Counted from the first letter of the stretch, positions 30,368 to 39,829 are shown. The stretch is 61,990 nucleotides of DNA from a virus (IMGVR_UViG_3300042868_003570:1-61990); one strand, 5' to 3'. The notes: generated by a model from the sequence alone, not told the origin. Translations and numbers: made by a program.

Positions 30368-30550
30368 TTAAAAATTCTTATTGAAGAACTCGTTGACGAC
30401 CGCATCGAACGCTGCAATATCGAAGAGGCCCCCTTCTCCTTTGCCCGGCCCCTCCGTGCGTATGATGATTACTCGGTCTTTTGAGCACGACACAATGAAG
30501 CTTGGCAGTGCAATAACTGCGTTTGCTTGTGTGGGTAGAGGATCGCTCAC
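30368..30550 (-). CDS. Hypothetical protein
   Basis: GGAG RBS, GTG start overlapping the upstream stop. Confidence 0.6.
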   Translation of the reverse strand: MSDPLPTQANAVIALPSFIVSCSKDRVIIIRTEGPGKGEGGLFDIAAFDAVVNEFFNKNF

Positions 30551-30780
30551 TTGTTGTCTCCTTGGTTGGCGCTCTTGTTGCGCAGCCGCAGGTTGCCCGG
30601 TGTGGACTTGCCGCCCTTGCGCAGTGGTTTGATGTGGTCGATGTCCTTGCCAGCCCGCTCGATGCCTTTTGCATCGTACTCACGCCGAGCACGTTGGCGC
30701 TCGACTTGGTCCTTGGTCTCGCCTGTTGCTTTTTGTAGCTTGTAGGCGTGCTTGTAATCGCGCTTGCCGTTCGTCTGCAT
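30547..30780 (-). CDS. Small HNH endonuclease-like protein
   Basis: DIDHIKPLRKGG...NLRL...N. Confidence 0.8.
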   Translation of the reverse strand: MQTNGKRDYKHAYKLQKATGETKDQVERQRARREYDAKGIERAGKDIDHIKPLRKGGKSTPGNLRLRNKSANQGDNK

Positions 30781-30781
30781 A

Positions 30782-31450
30782 TCAGCCTCTCTTTCGGTTG
30801 TGTTCACATGAATTAACAGGGCACCAGCCGCACAGCGGCGTGGGCTTGGGGTTCCACACGCCTGATGCGTGGGCTCTCTCGATGCGGGCTACGCGCTCTC
30901 TGTAGTCCCACCAGTACTCCGTGGCCTCCCCACTCATGAAGCTGGCCGTGGCCATGTCCTCCTTGACCACGAACAGCAGTGCGCCAGCAACGCGCCTGAT
31001 GTGCGGGAAGTGGGCGAACACCATGAGCGCCATCAACCTTAACTGCTCGCGGTCTGGGTACTTGTTGTTGCCCGACTTGTAGTCCACCACCTTGGCCGTG
31101 AGGTTGTCGTCGTCAATGATGAGCAGGTCAGCGATGCCGCGCACCCACACATCTTTGGCCATGAACCCGCAGGGCTTTAAGTCCTTGGTCACGCCCATCT
31201 CGTGCTCGCACAGTTTGCGTCCGGGCTTGGCTTTGAGCGCATCGAGCGTGTCCTTGAGGAACGCGAACTGCGCAGGCAGCGGCGTGTCGTCCTTGATGTA
31301 CAACTCAGCCGCTGTGTGCAGCTCCTTGCCGTAAAGCGTTGCGTCGGTGTCCTTGAACGGGTAGTTCTTGAGCACCTTGACCTCGTGGTAGCGGCGAGGG
31401 CAGCCCTCGTAGTCTTTGAGTGCGCTGTGTGACCAAGTGATTGGCTTCAT
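30782..31450 (-). CDS. PD-(D/E)XK (Cas4/RecB-like) exonuclease
   Basis: WSHS..CP, RGIAD, VDYKSG, Q..LM, C-terminal CxxC...C. Confidence 0.88.
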   Translation of the reverse strand: MKPITWSHSALKDYEGCPRRYHEVKVLKNYPFKDTDATLYGKELHTAAELYIKDDTPLPAQFAFLKDTLDALKAKPGRKLCEHEMGVTKDLKPCGFMAKDVWVRGIADLLIIDDDNLTAKVVDYKSGNNKYPDREQLRLMALMVFAHFPHIRRVAGALLFVVKEDMATASFMSGEATEYWWDYRERVARIERAHASGVWNPKPTPLCGWCPVNSCEHNRKRG

Positions 31451-31758
31451 TAAAACCTCGCTGTTCGTATTGCTCGGGCCAGTCGTTGCGCGAACTCTTC
31501 GACAAAGTTCTCGCGGTTATTGAGTGCGTGCTCACCCATGTCGTGCAGTATTGCGTGCGTCAGCTCGTGCCAGAAGGTCTCCTCCAGCGCTGTCAGTTTG
31601 AGCGGTATGCCGTGATGCGTGCGCCGTGCAAGCTCGATCTTTTGCGTGTCATAAGTTACGCGTCCGACCTCACTCTTTCTGCGCATCGACTCAACGACAT
31701 CGACGCTGTACCACTTGCTGCCCACCTGCACTTTCTTGGGCAGTACCAGTTGCTTCAT
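31450..31758 (-). CDS. Small HExxH metallopeptidase-like protein
   Basis: TFWHELTHAIL...E.FV. Confidence 0.7.
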   Translation of the reverse strand: MKQLVLPKKVQVGSKWYSVDVVESMRRKSEVGRVTYDTQKIELARRTHHGIPLKLTALEETFWHELTHAILHDMGEHALNNRENFVEEFAQRLARAIRTARF

Positions 31759-31769
31759 GCTTTCTCCTT

Positions 31770-33740
31770 TTACTTCTTTGCCAGTCCATAGCGGCGATGT
31801 GCGCCGCCCTCAACAGCCAGTGGAACCCCCGGCATATATCTAGGCTCCACGGTCATCTGCGCCAAGACCCAAGTCTTAGCGTCATCCACCTCATCGTCGG
31901 GCACCACAACGATCTGTTCATCATGCACTGTGCCTGCCACAAAGTACTTCTTCGAAGTACGTAGCATCCCGTCCGTCATCACGATCCTAGCCAGTGCCTG
32001 CGTCACGTTGTTCGTGATCTTGCCAGCATAGAGCTTGGTCGCGTCCTCGCCGTACACCCAGCTCTTTTGCCGGGTCTCCTTGTCGGTGACTTGGCGCAGG
32101 TTGGGGTACAAGAGCTTCATCCCATTGGGCAGCTCAATCTCGTCCTTGCGGAAGGTCAGGCATTTATACACGACCTCTTCGCCGCCTGCAAGAGATGACA
32201 CCAGCAACTTGCTGCACATGTCCCAGAAGCTCACCACGGGGTGCGCTGTGGCCCGGTAGATGTCGATGATCTTCTTGGCTGCGACACAGTGGATGAGCAG
32301 CTCACGCTCGGTGCAGGTGTGCGGTATCTCCTGCATCTTGGTGACGTTATCCTCCCAGCCCACGAACCGTTCGATGTACTCAATCGTCACGCCCAGCTTC
32401 TTGGCAAAGTCCTTGCTGTAGCGCACGGGTGGAGCGCCCAGGAACCCCACCAGAAGCTGCGAGGCGAAGCTCGCCCACCCCAGGCCATACCCACACCCCA
32501 GCAACGCGCTCTTGGCGCTCTGGCGCAGGTCCGGGTGGCTGTCCTTGGTCATGCCGGGAACGCCGAACATCTGTGCGCCGAACTGTGCGTATGCGTCCTG
32601 GCCCGAGCGGAAGATGTCGAGCAGGTCATCGTAGTCAGCTAGCCACGCCAACACACGCGGCTCAATCTGCGAGAGGTCGCCCACCAAGAGCTGGTGTCCC
32701 TCCGGGGCCATGATGGCTTTGCGCAGGAAGCTGCCGCGCTTTAGGTTCTGCATGTTGATGGCGCTGCCCTTAGACGCCGTCCAGCGGCCCGACTTGGCAC
32801 CGTAGTAGGACAGGGGCACGGGCAGCTTGCCGCGCTGGGAGATGTCCAGGAACCGCTGCGCACGGGTGCGCTCGGTGGTGGACTTGACCTTGAGCCGTGC
32901 CTCGCACAGCAGCGACACATCCTCGTTGTCCCCGTTGAGCAGGGCTTGGAACATGGCGTCGTTCTTGGCCAGCGCCAGTGCGGGCTTGCCCGTGGTCTTG
33001 CTCACCTTGGTGGGGGCCACAACACCCAGGCTCTCCAAGAGAGCTGCGAACTTGGGGTTCGATGCAAGCTCGCTTTCGTCCACGCCCAGCTTGGCCAGCA
33101 AGCCTTCGCGCTTTTGGCTCTCCTCGGACAGCGCCTCGATCAGCATCTTCTGGTCAAGCTCCAGCACGGGGCGTGTGTACATCTTGAGCGTCATGTCGAT
33201 GAGCCGCAGCTCCGACTTGGGGTAGCCTTCTACAAGCCGCTCGAATATCTGCTCGCACAGGTACACATCGTGTTTGCAGTACTCGGCAAGCTCAGCCTCC
33301 AGCTCTGCTTCGATCTCTTCAAGACCGTCTGTGCTATGTACGGCTCGCCCTTTTGCGGGAAGACCAAAATCTGCTGCAAGTTTGGCGAGACTGTTGCCAA
33401 CCTCCACGCCGCGAAGAGCACGCGCCATTGATAGCGTGTCGAAGATGAAGCACGGGTGTACTCCGTAGCGCCACCCAAGGATTGAAACGTCGAACTGTGC
33501 GTTATGGGCGAGGATGGCTGTCTTGCTCCAGTCGTAAGTCCCCAAGATTCTAGGAAGCTCATCTCCTCGATACCACTGGGTGACGGCCTCACTTCCGTAC
33601 TCTCGTATACATGCCCCGAATGCCTTGAATCTCTTGTCACGGATGTACTCCTCGGTGGTCATCTTGGACAAGGTGTAGTCGTTCTTGTCCCAGCGGGTTT
33701 CAAAGTCAATGCTGACGATGCGTTGGTATGGTGCTGACAT
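31770..33740 (-). CDS. polA: DNA polymerase family A (3'-5' exonuclease + polymerase), Leu762 type
   Basis: DFET, AHNAQFD, DLSQIEPR (motif A), RQSAKSALLGCGYG (motif B), TVHDE (motif C). Confidence 0.95.
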   Translation of the reverse strand: MSAPYQRIVSIDFETRWDKNDYTLSKMTTEEYIRDKRFKAFGACIREYGSEAVTQWYRGDELPRILGTYDWSKTAILAHNAQFDVSILGWRYGVHPCFIFDTLSMARALRGVEVGNSLAKLAADFGLPAKGRAVHSTDGLEEIEAELEAELAEYCKHDVYLCEQIFERLVEGYPKSELRLIDMTLKMYTRPVLELDQKMLIEALSEESQKREGLLAKLGVDESELASNPKFAALLESLGVVAPTKVSKTTGKPALALAKNDAMFQALLNGDNEDVSLLCEARLKVKSTTERTRAQRFLDISQRGKLPVPLSYYGAKSGRWTASKGSAINMQNLKRGSFLRKAIMAPEGHQLLVGDLSQIEPRVLAWLADYDDLLDIFRSGQDAYAQFGAQMFGVPGMTKDSHPDLRQSAKSALLGCGYGLGWASFASQLLVGFLGAPPVRYSKDFAKKLGVTIEYIERFVGWEDNVTKMQEIPHTCTERELLIHCVAAKKIIDIYRATAHPVVSFWDMCSKLLVSSLAGGEEVVYKCLTFRKDEIELPNGMKLLYPNLRQVTDKETRQKSWVYGEDATKLYAGKITNNVTQALARIVMTDGMLRTSKKYFVAGTVHDEQIVVVPDDEVDDAKTWVLAQMTVEPRYMPGVPLAVEGGAHRRYGLAKK

Positions 33741-34078
33741 CAGATACCTTTTAGGCTTTTTTCTTGCCACATAAAGAGCGCGATCTCAAATGCCTCTTCA
33801 GCAAGCAGCTCGCCCCATGCGTACTTGCCGTCGCCGTCTTTGTGCAGTTCTATCTCGGCGTGCACACCGCTATAAACGCTGTGCGTAAACAACTCTCCGT
33901 CTTGTTCAGGCCCATCGCGTTGCGTGCCTTGTTGCTCATCTTGCAACCTGCTGTCTGACAGGTTCCGCGCTTGCGCGGCCTCCGTAATAGCACGGGCTTG
34001 GATCATGGCTTGCATTGCAGCAATAGCTGCTTGCGTGATGAAGTCCCTGTCTTTGTAGTTCAGTTGGTACATACCCAT
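33740..34078 (-). CDS. Hypothetical protein
   Basis: AAGGAG RBS; RDFITQAAIAAMQA...AFEIA pattern. Confidence 0.65.
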   Translation of the reverse strand: MGMYQLNYKDRDFITQAAIAAMQAMIQARAITEAAQARNLSDSRLQDEQQGTQRDGPEQDGELFTHSVYSGVHAEIELHKDGDGKYAWGELLAEEAFEIALFMWQEKSLKGI

Positions 34079-34085
34079 TCTCCTT

Positions 34086-34379
34086 TCAGTTAAACATCTC
34101 TTTTGGTGGTGCGTCTTTGGTGTTGACATAGCTTAGAAAATCATTGGCCCCTTGCAGCAAGTTGGCGGCAACCATGCTGTCGCAGTTAAGCGAGACGAAG
34201 CTGTCGATGGACGCGTCGCTGCCAAAGATAATCAAGGCGCAGTCCGAGTTGTCAGTGGCGTAGCACCTGACGATGGCGTAGATGATGCCCCGCAGGTGTG
34301 CGCGTTCAATATCGGGTAGCCCCGCGACGATGCGCTCCATCTCGGCCTCTTGTTGTTTGCCTGTCATGGCGGTGTTCAT
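34086..34379 (-). CDS. Hypothetical protein
   Basis: Start overlaps the upstream stop; fits the operon. Confidence 0.65.
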   Translation of the reverse strand: MNTAMTGKQQEAEMERIVAGLPDIERAHLRGIIYAIVRCYATDNSDCALIIFGSDASIDSFVSLNCDSMVAANLLQGANDFLSYVNTKDAPPKEMFN

Positions 34380-34660
34380 GAGAGTTCCTTTCGTAGTGTG
34401 TCCATGTTGTCTTCGTTGATTACAAGTGCGACACCGCCTGCTGCGCGTATCTTGGCCAAGTGCATCTCTTGCAGTGCTGTTGGCTTGTTGCTGCCTGCCT
34501 TGGCTTCGACCGCGATGAAGCGGCCCTTGTGGCACAGCAAGAAGTCGGGCACGCCTGAGTTGCCGTAGCCCGTGCCGATGGGCATGGCGTAGTAAGCGCC
34601 CGCCTCATCGAGCAGCTTCCTGAGTTGCTTCTTGACTTTTACTTCCGGTGTTGCTGCCAT
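34376..34660 (-). CDS. VRR-NUC nuclease / Holliday junction resolvase-like
   Basis: TPEVKVK, GVPDFL, FIAVEAKA, PTALQ. Confidence 0.88.
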   Translation of the reverse strand: MAATPEVKVKKQLRKLLDEAGAYYAMPIGTGYGNSGVPDFLLCHKGRFIAVEAKAGSNKPTALQEMHLAKIRAAGGVALVINEDNMDTLRKELS

Positions 34661-34862
34661 CGTTTTTCCTGTTCTCTCTGTCTCGCGCCAGTACAAGCGT
34701 GAGTCTGTTGGGGTAGCCGTTGGCAAGCATGGCCTTGGCCACGTAGTTCTCGATTGATCTGCGGTTCTTGTTGAGCCGCCTTGCGGCAAGGTCTGTCTGG
34801 CCAAACTCGCACAGTGCATCAAGTGCTGCCGCTTGGCCGGGTGTCAGTATGAGTGGCTTCAT
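34605..34862 (-). CDS. LuxR-like HTH protein
   Basis: LTPGQ...AARRLNKNRRSIENY...NR pattern. Confidence 0.65.
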   Translation of the reverse strand: MKPLILTPGQAAALDALCEFGQTDLAARRLNKNRRSIENYVAKAMLANGYPNRLTLVLARDRENRKNDGSNTGSKSQEATQEAAR

Positions 34863-35058
34863 TTGTTCCTGCTTTGTATCCGTCTGCGAACCCGGCATCC
34901 CATGCCTTTGACCAGCACTGACACCATAGCTCGTAGTATCCCCGGTCAAGCGGGAACTTGAACTCCTGCGGGAACATCTCTTTCACATGCTTGCGTTTAA
35001 TAAACGCAGCCCAAGCCTTGTCGCGGGCAGTGTTTTGGATGGGTATGTCGTCAAGCAT
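34819..35058 (-). CDS. Hypothetical protein
   Basis: ORF in a tightly packed operon. Confidence 0.6.
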   Translation of the reverse strand: MLDDIPIQNTARDKAWAAFIKRKHVKEMFPQEFKFPLDRGYYELWCQCWSKAWDAGFADGYKAGTNEATHTDTRPSGST

Positions 35059-35233
35059 TTAGTTTGTCCCAGTGTGTGCCATAGATGTCCTCCACCATAG
35101 CGTAGTAAAAGAGTTGCAGCCACATGGATCGGTCGTTACCTAGCTGGTGATGTACCTCGGCCCAGTGCAGATGTTCAGCGGCCTGCCTGCGGGCGTAAGA
35201 TTCTCGCGTTTCGTTGTTGTAGGGGATGCTCAT
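35051..35233 (-). CDS. Hypothetical protein
   Basis: Start overlaps the upstream stop. Confidence 0.55.
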   Translation of the reverse strand: MSIPYNNETRESYARRQAAEHLHWAEVHHQLGNDRSMWLQLFYYAMVEDIYGTHWDKLNA

Positions 35234-35517
35234 GATGCTTGCCCCCTTGCTCTGATCTGTGCCGCCACCCCCACACGGGGTGCCCCATTGCAGTTCCAGT
35301 TTTCTGCGATGTCTGCACACGCCTCACGCTCGGCTTGTATCAAGTTTTTTATGTGGGCATCCAACGTATTGATAACGTGCTGTGCGGCTTCGTCAAGGGC
35401 CATCTCTGGGTTAACAGTCACGCCGTTCTTATGAATGCGCATGACCTCCACGCTTGCGCCTGCCAGGAAGGTGAAGTTTGGCTCAATGGCTCCACGAATA
35501 CGTATGTCTTGGGTCAT
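35230..35517 (-). CDS. Hypothetical protein (AEREACA...IRAR family)
   Basis: AAGGAG RBS; shares a 21-bp repeat with the neighbouring gene. Confidence 0.65.
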   Translation of the reverse strand: MTQDIRIRGAIEPNFTFLAGASVEVMRIHKNGVTVNPEMALDEAAQHVINTLDAHIKNLIQAEREACADIAENWNCNGAPRVGVAAQIRARGQAS

Positions 35518-35804
35518 TTGTCGCTCCTTGCTCGGATGGCGTGAGCGCAGTCAGCGGGCGTGGGCCATTTGCAGCATTCCGTGCCTTCTGCCTCTTGTTC
35601 CATCCGGTCACACACCTTTGCACACGCCTCACGCTCGGCAAGCACATAAGCGTTCTCACGCGTAGCACGATCACGCTCGTCAGCACGTACAAGGGTGGCG
35701 AAGCGTTGAAGTTGCCCCTCCTCTGAAAACACCCATGCGTCACCCATAGGGAGTTCCGCAAACTCAGCCCCTGCCTCCCGCGCCATTGCGATGATGTCAT
35801 CCAT
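35514..35804 (-). CDS. Hypothetical protein (AEREACA...IRAR family)
   Basis: AAGGAG RBS; MAREAG...LQRFA...AEREACAKVC. Confidence 0.7.
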   Translation of the reverse strand: MDDIIAMAREAGAEFAELPMGDAWVFSEEGQLQRFATLVRADERDRATRENAYVLAEREACAKVCDRMEQEAEGTECCKWPTPADCAHAIRARSDK

Positions 35805-35982
35805 TGTTCTTCTCCTTAATCATCCTTGCAACGTCAGCCACAGTGATCCCAAGCGCCTCTAAATCTGCCGGTCGAACCATAAAGTAAGTTGGTATTGCAG
35901 AGATTTTTTCGCCGCTCTCATCCATGTGCTCACGGATTTTTATGAGCATGGCCTCCAAGCTGGCCTGTGATAATTCAGTCAT
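35797..35982 (-). CDS. Hypothetical protein
   Basis: AAGGAG RBS before ATG 35982. Confidence 0.6.
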   Translation of the reverse strand: MTELSQASLEAMLIKIREHMDESGEKISAIPTYFMVRPADLEALGITVADVARMIKEKNNG

Positions 35983-36317
35983 GTGTTCTTCTCCTTTAGT
36001 CGTTGCTCGATGGCCCTGTACAAATCCTTTGTCTCGTAGCATCCTCGGAGTTTGACCATTAGCGTGGCGTGCATGTCAACCAATTCAGCATCCGTCAGCC
36101 CAACCCATGTGCGCTGCGCTGCGGGTGGGGTGGTGTAAACGTTGGTCGGTTCAAGGCGCTTTCCATCCCGTACCCAAGCCGACCCGATGGTCAACGCGTC
36201 CCACATCATGTCCTGCGTCTGTTTTGCAGCACGTAAAGCTGTAAGCTCACCCAGGTATTCGTAGCACAGATTAGTCAGTCGCTCAATTTCGTCATGTTGG
36301 CGGTCAGTCATTCCCAT
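35979..36317 (-). CDS. Hypothetical protein
   Basis: YTTPP...WVGLT...RAIEQRLKEKN pattern common in small phage genes. Confidence 0.65.
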   Translation of the reverse strand: MGMTDRQHDEIERLTNLCYEYLGELTALRAAKQTQDMMWDALTIGSAWVRDGKRLEPTNVYTTPPAAQRTWVGLTDAELVDMHATLMVKLRGCYETKDLYRAIEQRLKEKNT

Positions 36318-36490
36318 GCTCCTTCATCAAACGCGCCTTCATGTGCCATTGCAAACTCCAGCAGCTTCTTAACCACTCGTGGCGTAATCTTCACGGATGC
36401 ACCCTCGCCATCAGTGAACTTGATCCAGTCACCGTAGACTTCCATGTTGGTCGCGCCGTCAATCTCAGAGCCATCATCGTTAATAATCAT
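36308..36490 (-). CDS. Hypothetical protein
   Basis: GGAGG RBS, overlapping start/stop. Confidence 0.6.
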   Translation of the reverse strand: MIINDDGSEIDGATNMEVYGDWIKFTDGEGASVKITPRVVKKLLEFAMAHEGAFDEGAWE

Positions 36491-37029
36491 TTCCCACCTC
36501 CAAAGATTTTGTGCAGCGCATCGTACAGCTCACGGGCCTGCTTGATGGGCAGGGTGTTCAGCAGGTAGTCCACATCGTTGGTAGTCACTACAGGAGCTGG
36601 CGCAGGCGCAAATGCAAATGTGGGTTCGGCTTTGGGGGCCTTGGCGGGCTTGGCGGGCTTGTTGGTGAGGTGTTTGACGGACTTGTGGTTGGATTTCGCA
36701 GCCGCCTTCATGGGCCTGTATTCAGTGCCCACTGCCGTGTACCTGTCATCGGCGTCTCGCACGAGCAGGCCAGCCCTGCGCATCTGTGAGAAGAGGGCGG
36801 TGATCGAATTCTCTTTGAACCCTTGTGCTGTGAGCGCGTAAAGGGCCTGCCTATACATGACGCCGGGGTTGTCGCGCACGAACTCGAACGTGGCGCGTGT
36901 GACGTTATTGGTGACACTGAAAGGTGACTTTGGCATAGGTGCTTTCTCTTGGGGTTGTTGTTGTTGGTCTGGCTCGTCCTTTGACCACTCGGTCAAGGCG
37001 CGGCTAAGGGCAGTCTGAATATCAGGCAT
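36487..37029 (-). CDS. Probable winged-helix DNA-binding protein
   Basis: TRATFEFVRDNPG...SITALFSQM..AG; Lys/Pro/Ala-rich linker. Confidence 0.6.
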   Translation of the reverse strand: MPDIQTALSRALTEWSKDEPDQQQQPQEKAPMPKSPFSVTNNVTRATFEFVRDNPGVMYRQALYALTAQGFKENSITALFSQMRRAGLLVRDADDRYTAVGTEYRPMKAAAKSNHKSVKHLTNKPAKPAKAPKAEPTFAFAPAPAPVVTTNDVDYLLNTLPIKQARELYDALHKIFGGGK

Positions 37030-37183
37030 GGGTCTTCCTCTGGATGTGTTGTGCAAGCAGCCACTTGTCTCCCAAGAGCCGCACAGACCTCACCCACTTG
37101 CGTTGGTTGGCCCGATTAGTCTCAAGCGATACGTGCTCTACGTTCCATAACTCGCGCACATGGCGCAGCATTCTTACGTTCAT
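37022..37183 (-). CDS. Small protein (53 aa, MNVRMLRHVRELW...)
   Basis: AAGGAGAAAGCAAAATG start; TGA 37022-37024; below the ORF track size cut-off. Confidence 0.7.
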   Translation of the reverse strand: MNVRMLRHVRELWNVEHVSLETNRANQRKWVRSVRLLGDKWLLAQHIQRKTHA

Positions 37184-37227
37184 TTTGCTTTCTCCTTGTT
37201 GTGAATGGTGCCTGACAACCCGAAGGT

Positions 37228-37243
37228 TGTCAAGCGTTGGACA
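37228..37243. promoter_or_regulatory. Operator-like site TGTCAAGCGTTGGACA (copy 2), overlapping a cUUCGg hairpin at 37213-37232
   Basis: 16/16 identical to 28737-28752; intergenic. Confidence 0.7.
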
Positions 37244-37246
37244 TTA

Positions 37247-38359
37247 TTACACCTCTGCGTACGCCTCGTCAAACAGTCGTGCAAGCACTGCGTCAGCCCC
37301 GTAGGTGAACAGGTCGGCGAGGTGCTCTTTGAGCAGGTCTGGGTCGCGCAGCTTGCTTGTGCGTATGTAGCGCCGTGCAAGCTCGGGGTCTTCTGGGTAC
37401 GCCGACTCGCAGATCAGCTCCACAAGGTAGCCTGGGTAGCCTGCTAGCGCGTCGTGGATGGCCTCCTTGACATCGTCCTCCCCCGTCCAGCCGTCCACGT
37501 ACTTCTGCGTGCTGCCAGGGTACGCACTGACACTGGTCGTCAGGGCCGATGCCTCCCACGCGTTGTCCCAGACGGTGTCCCACTTGGTGTCGATCACCAG
37601 CGGGTCACGCGAGGTGGGCAGCTCGTCCCACTTGATCTGCACCACACGGTCAGCCAGCGCCATGAAGTGGTAGGTGTCGAGCGACTCCTTGTCCGAGTGC
37701 TCGTGGTCATACCCTACGCTCACGTTGGTGCACTCAGGGATGATGTCCGTGAACTCGGCAGTGTCGGTATACACACCTGTGTCGTCGGGCAGGTACATGA
37801 GTCTGTCGTCCCCGTTGAGGGCATCAGACAGCGCCTGGGCAAACGCATCAGAGCAGCAGCGGCCATACCCTTGGTGCGTGATGACCGAGTCGATGCCGCG
37901 TCTGTCGAACGCGATGGCACGGTCGAACTGCGCAAGCAAGTCAGCGTGCTCTGCTGCAAGATGCTTGGCACCGATGCCGCCCACCTCCTCGCCCTGCGTG
38001 AAGATGTAGTACCCAGGCACACCGCTGTGAAGCAGGTGCATGAGCAGCGCACAGCCAGCGCCATCGTCAGCACCGAGCGGCGCGTCCTTGGCGAACCACT
38101 TGCCGTGTGCCTTGATGAACTTGTTGGGGCCATCAGCGCGGTGCACGGTGTCAACGTGTGCGACAAAGAGAGTCCTGTTCGCTGCCCCACGACGCGCATC
38201 TACATGGATATTACCCGCTACGTCGATGGTCAGGTCAAGGTGGCGCGGCACGTTGTCGCACAGCCAGCCCATGAAGAGCGATGCACCCTCACCGTAATGG
38301 GGGCGTTTGAGGGACAGCGCACGGCACAGGGTCTTGTACAGGATAGATGATTTACGCAT
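37247..38359 (-). CDS. M28/M20-like zinc peptidase
   Basis: AHVDTV, LGADDGAG, GEEVGG, AFDRRG, YTD, GYDHEH. Confidence 0.85.
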   Translation of the reverse strand: MRKSSILYKTLCRALSLKRPHYGEGASLFMGWLCDNVPRHLDLTIDVAGNIHVDARRGAANRTLFVAHVDTVHRADGPNKFIKAHGKWFAKDAPLGADDGAGCALLMHLLHSGVPGYYIFTQGEEVGGIGAKHLAAEHADLLAQFDRAIAFDRRGIDSVITHQGYGRCCSDAFAQALSDALNGDDRLMYLPDDTGVYTDTAEFTDIIPECTNVSVGYDHEHSDKESLDTYHFMALADRVVQIKWDELPTSRDPLVIDTKWDTVWDNAWEASALTTSVSAYPGSTQKYVDGWTGEDDVKEAIHDALAGYPGYLVELICESAYPEDPELARRYIRTSKLRDPDLLKEHLADLFTYGADAVLARLFDEAYAEV

Positions 38360-38364
38360 GGTGA

Positions 38365-39747
38365 TTATTCCTTAGTGGTTGTGGTTTCAGTTTCTTCGAT
38401 CTCGGGCACATGGTCAGGGTGGTACATCAGGTCATCGACCGTCACGAAGTCCGTGCTGTCGCTGTACCAGTTGTTGCTGCCCTCGCACTGCCACGCATCG
38501 TCCTCGTGCACCCAGCCTTTGTCCTGGGTCTCTACGCAGTTGTCGATGTGGTGGTAGTTGTCGTCGTACTCGCAGTACACAATGCTGTCGTCATCGTTGC
38601 GGTACCACTCGTCATCGTCCACGCACAGCACAGCGTTGTCACGGTGCGTGTAGTCGCCGCAAGACAACTCCACGATGCCGTTGCGGTCAAGGTAGTTCTC
38701 GTCATAGTAGTCACCATCGACCTCGACAGCGCAGTCGTTGCTCACGTAGTACGAGTCACCTGCACGGCCCGTGACGTACGTGTAGTCGTTCTCGATGCAG
38801 CTCGAACAGGCGCTGTCATCGCCGTGGTAGCCGATGCTTGACATATCGTCCACATCGACACGATCACCGCACTGAGGGCAGGTGTGCCTGCTGGTCTCCT
38901 CGGCATAGCCGTCCTGCCTGCGCAGCTCGTAGTCGCCGTCTGAGTCGAGGAACATCTTGAGGCCGTCGCCCCGGTCTTCTATCCGCGCTGTGTACAGGTC
39001 GCCGTCAACGTATGGCCCGAGGAAGTCGCAGCGATTGACCTTGTAGCACGCAAGCTGCGCATCGTCATGCCATTGGCCATACTTGACATACCCCCGCTCC
39101 TTGAGCCACGCTTCCAGCTTCTCGTCGGTGTACGAGTAGCTGCTCCCCGGCTTGTAGCCGAACGATCTGACCCAGTACAGCGTGTCGTCAGTGTCGTCGT
39201 TGTTGAGCAGCGCACGGCCCACGATCTCACCCTCCGGTGATATGCGCACCGCCATGTGCCAGCCATACTGCGGGTCATACGCGGCGTAGGGATGGCGCTC
39301 GTAGCCGTCAGCGCAGTGCACGTTGTCACGACACGACCACTTCATGCACGAGTGCGGCCCGCTGTTGACCGCATCCACCATCGCCGCGACCGTGCGCAGT
39401 ATCTCGTACCTGTCCACGTTGCCGATGTAGCTGGCTACAGCGTCCCGGATGATGTGGTCAGGCAGGTCGAAGTGGCGAGACAAGTACTTGCCCACCGTCG
39501 TGATCGTCTGCCTGTCGGCCTCACCTGAGCGCTCATCGCGGGTGTATGCGATGCGCTCACGGTCAGTGTCAGAGACATGGGGCCACTCAAGCAAGAGACG
39601 CTGCCAGTAGACGGGACGGTGGTCACGCTCAAGCAGGCGCTTGACTGCGGGGTGCAGCTCGCTGCGCAGCCTCTCGCGGTCGAACCACGGGCGGTGCTTG
39701 CTGACGATTTGCGATGCGGGGGCGAAGGTGTTGTTGTAAAAACTCAT
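38365..39747 (-). CDS. Protein with acidic Cys/His-rich C-terminal repeats
   Basis: SCM, GRALL, PYVDG motifs; CxxC pairs followed by about 19-aa acidic repeats. Confidence 0.75.
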   Translation of the reverse strand: MSFYNNTFAPASQIVSKHRPWFDRERLRSELHPAVKRLLERDHRPVYWQRLLLEWPHVSDTDRERIAYTRDERSGEADRQTITTVGKYLSRHFDLPDHIIRDAVASYIGNVDRYEILRTVAAMVDAVNSGPHSCMKWSCRDNVHCADGYERHPYAAYDPQYGWHMAVRISPEGEIVGRALLNNDDTDDTLYWVRSFGYKPGSSYSYTDEKLEAWLKERGYVKYGQWHDDAQLACYKVNRCDFLGPYVDGDLYTARIEDRGDGLKMFLDSDGDYELRRQDGYAEETSRHTCPQCGDRVDVDDMSSIGYHGDDSACSSCIENDYTYVTGRAGDSYYVSNDCAVEVDGDYYDENYLDRNGIVELSCGDYTHRDNAVLCVDDDEWYRNDDDSIVYCEYDDNYHHIDNCVETQDKGWVHEDDAWQCEGSNNWYSDSTDFVTVDDLMYHPDHVPEIEETETTTTKE

Positions 39748-39829
39748 GACTGCTTTCTCCTAGTTTGCTAGTGCCGGGCATTGGCGCTGCCCGGCGATGC
39801 GCTGGTGGGACACGGTGTCCCACGCTTTC

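Noticed and set aside
30782-31450. Cas4 as part of a CRISPR system
   Set aside because: Stand-alone PD-(D/E)XK nuclease in the replication module, common in phages
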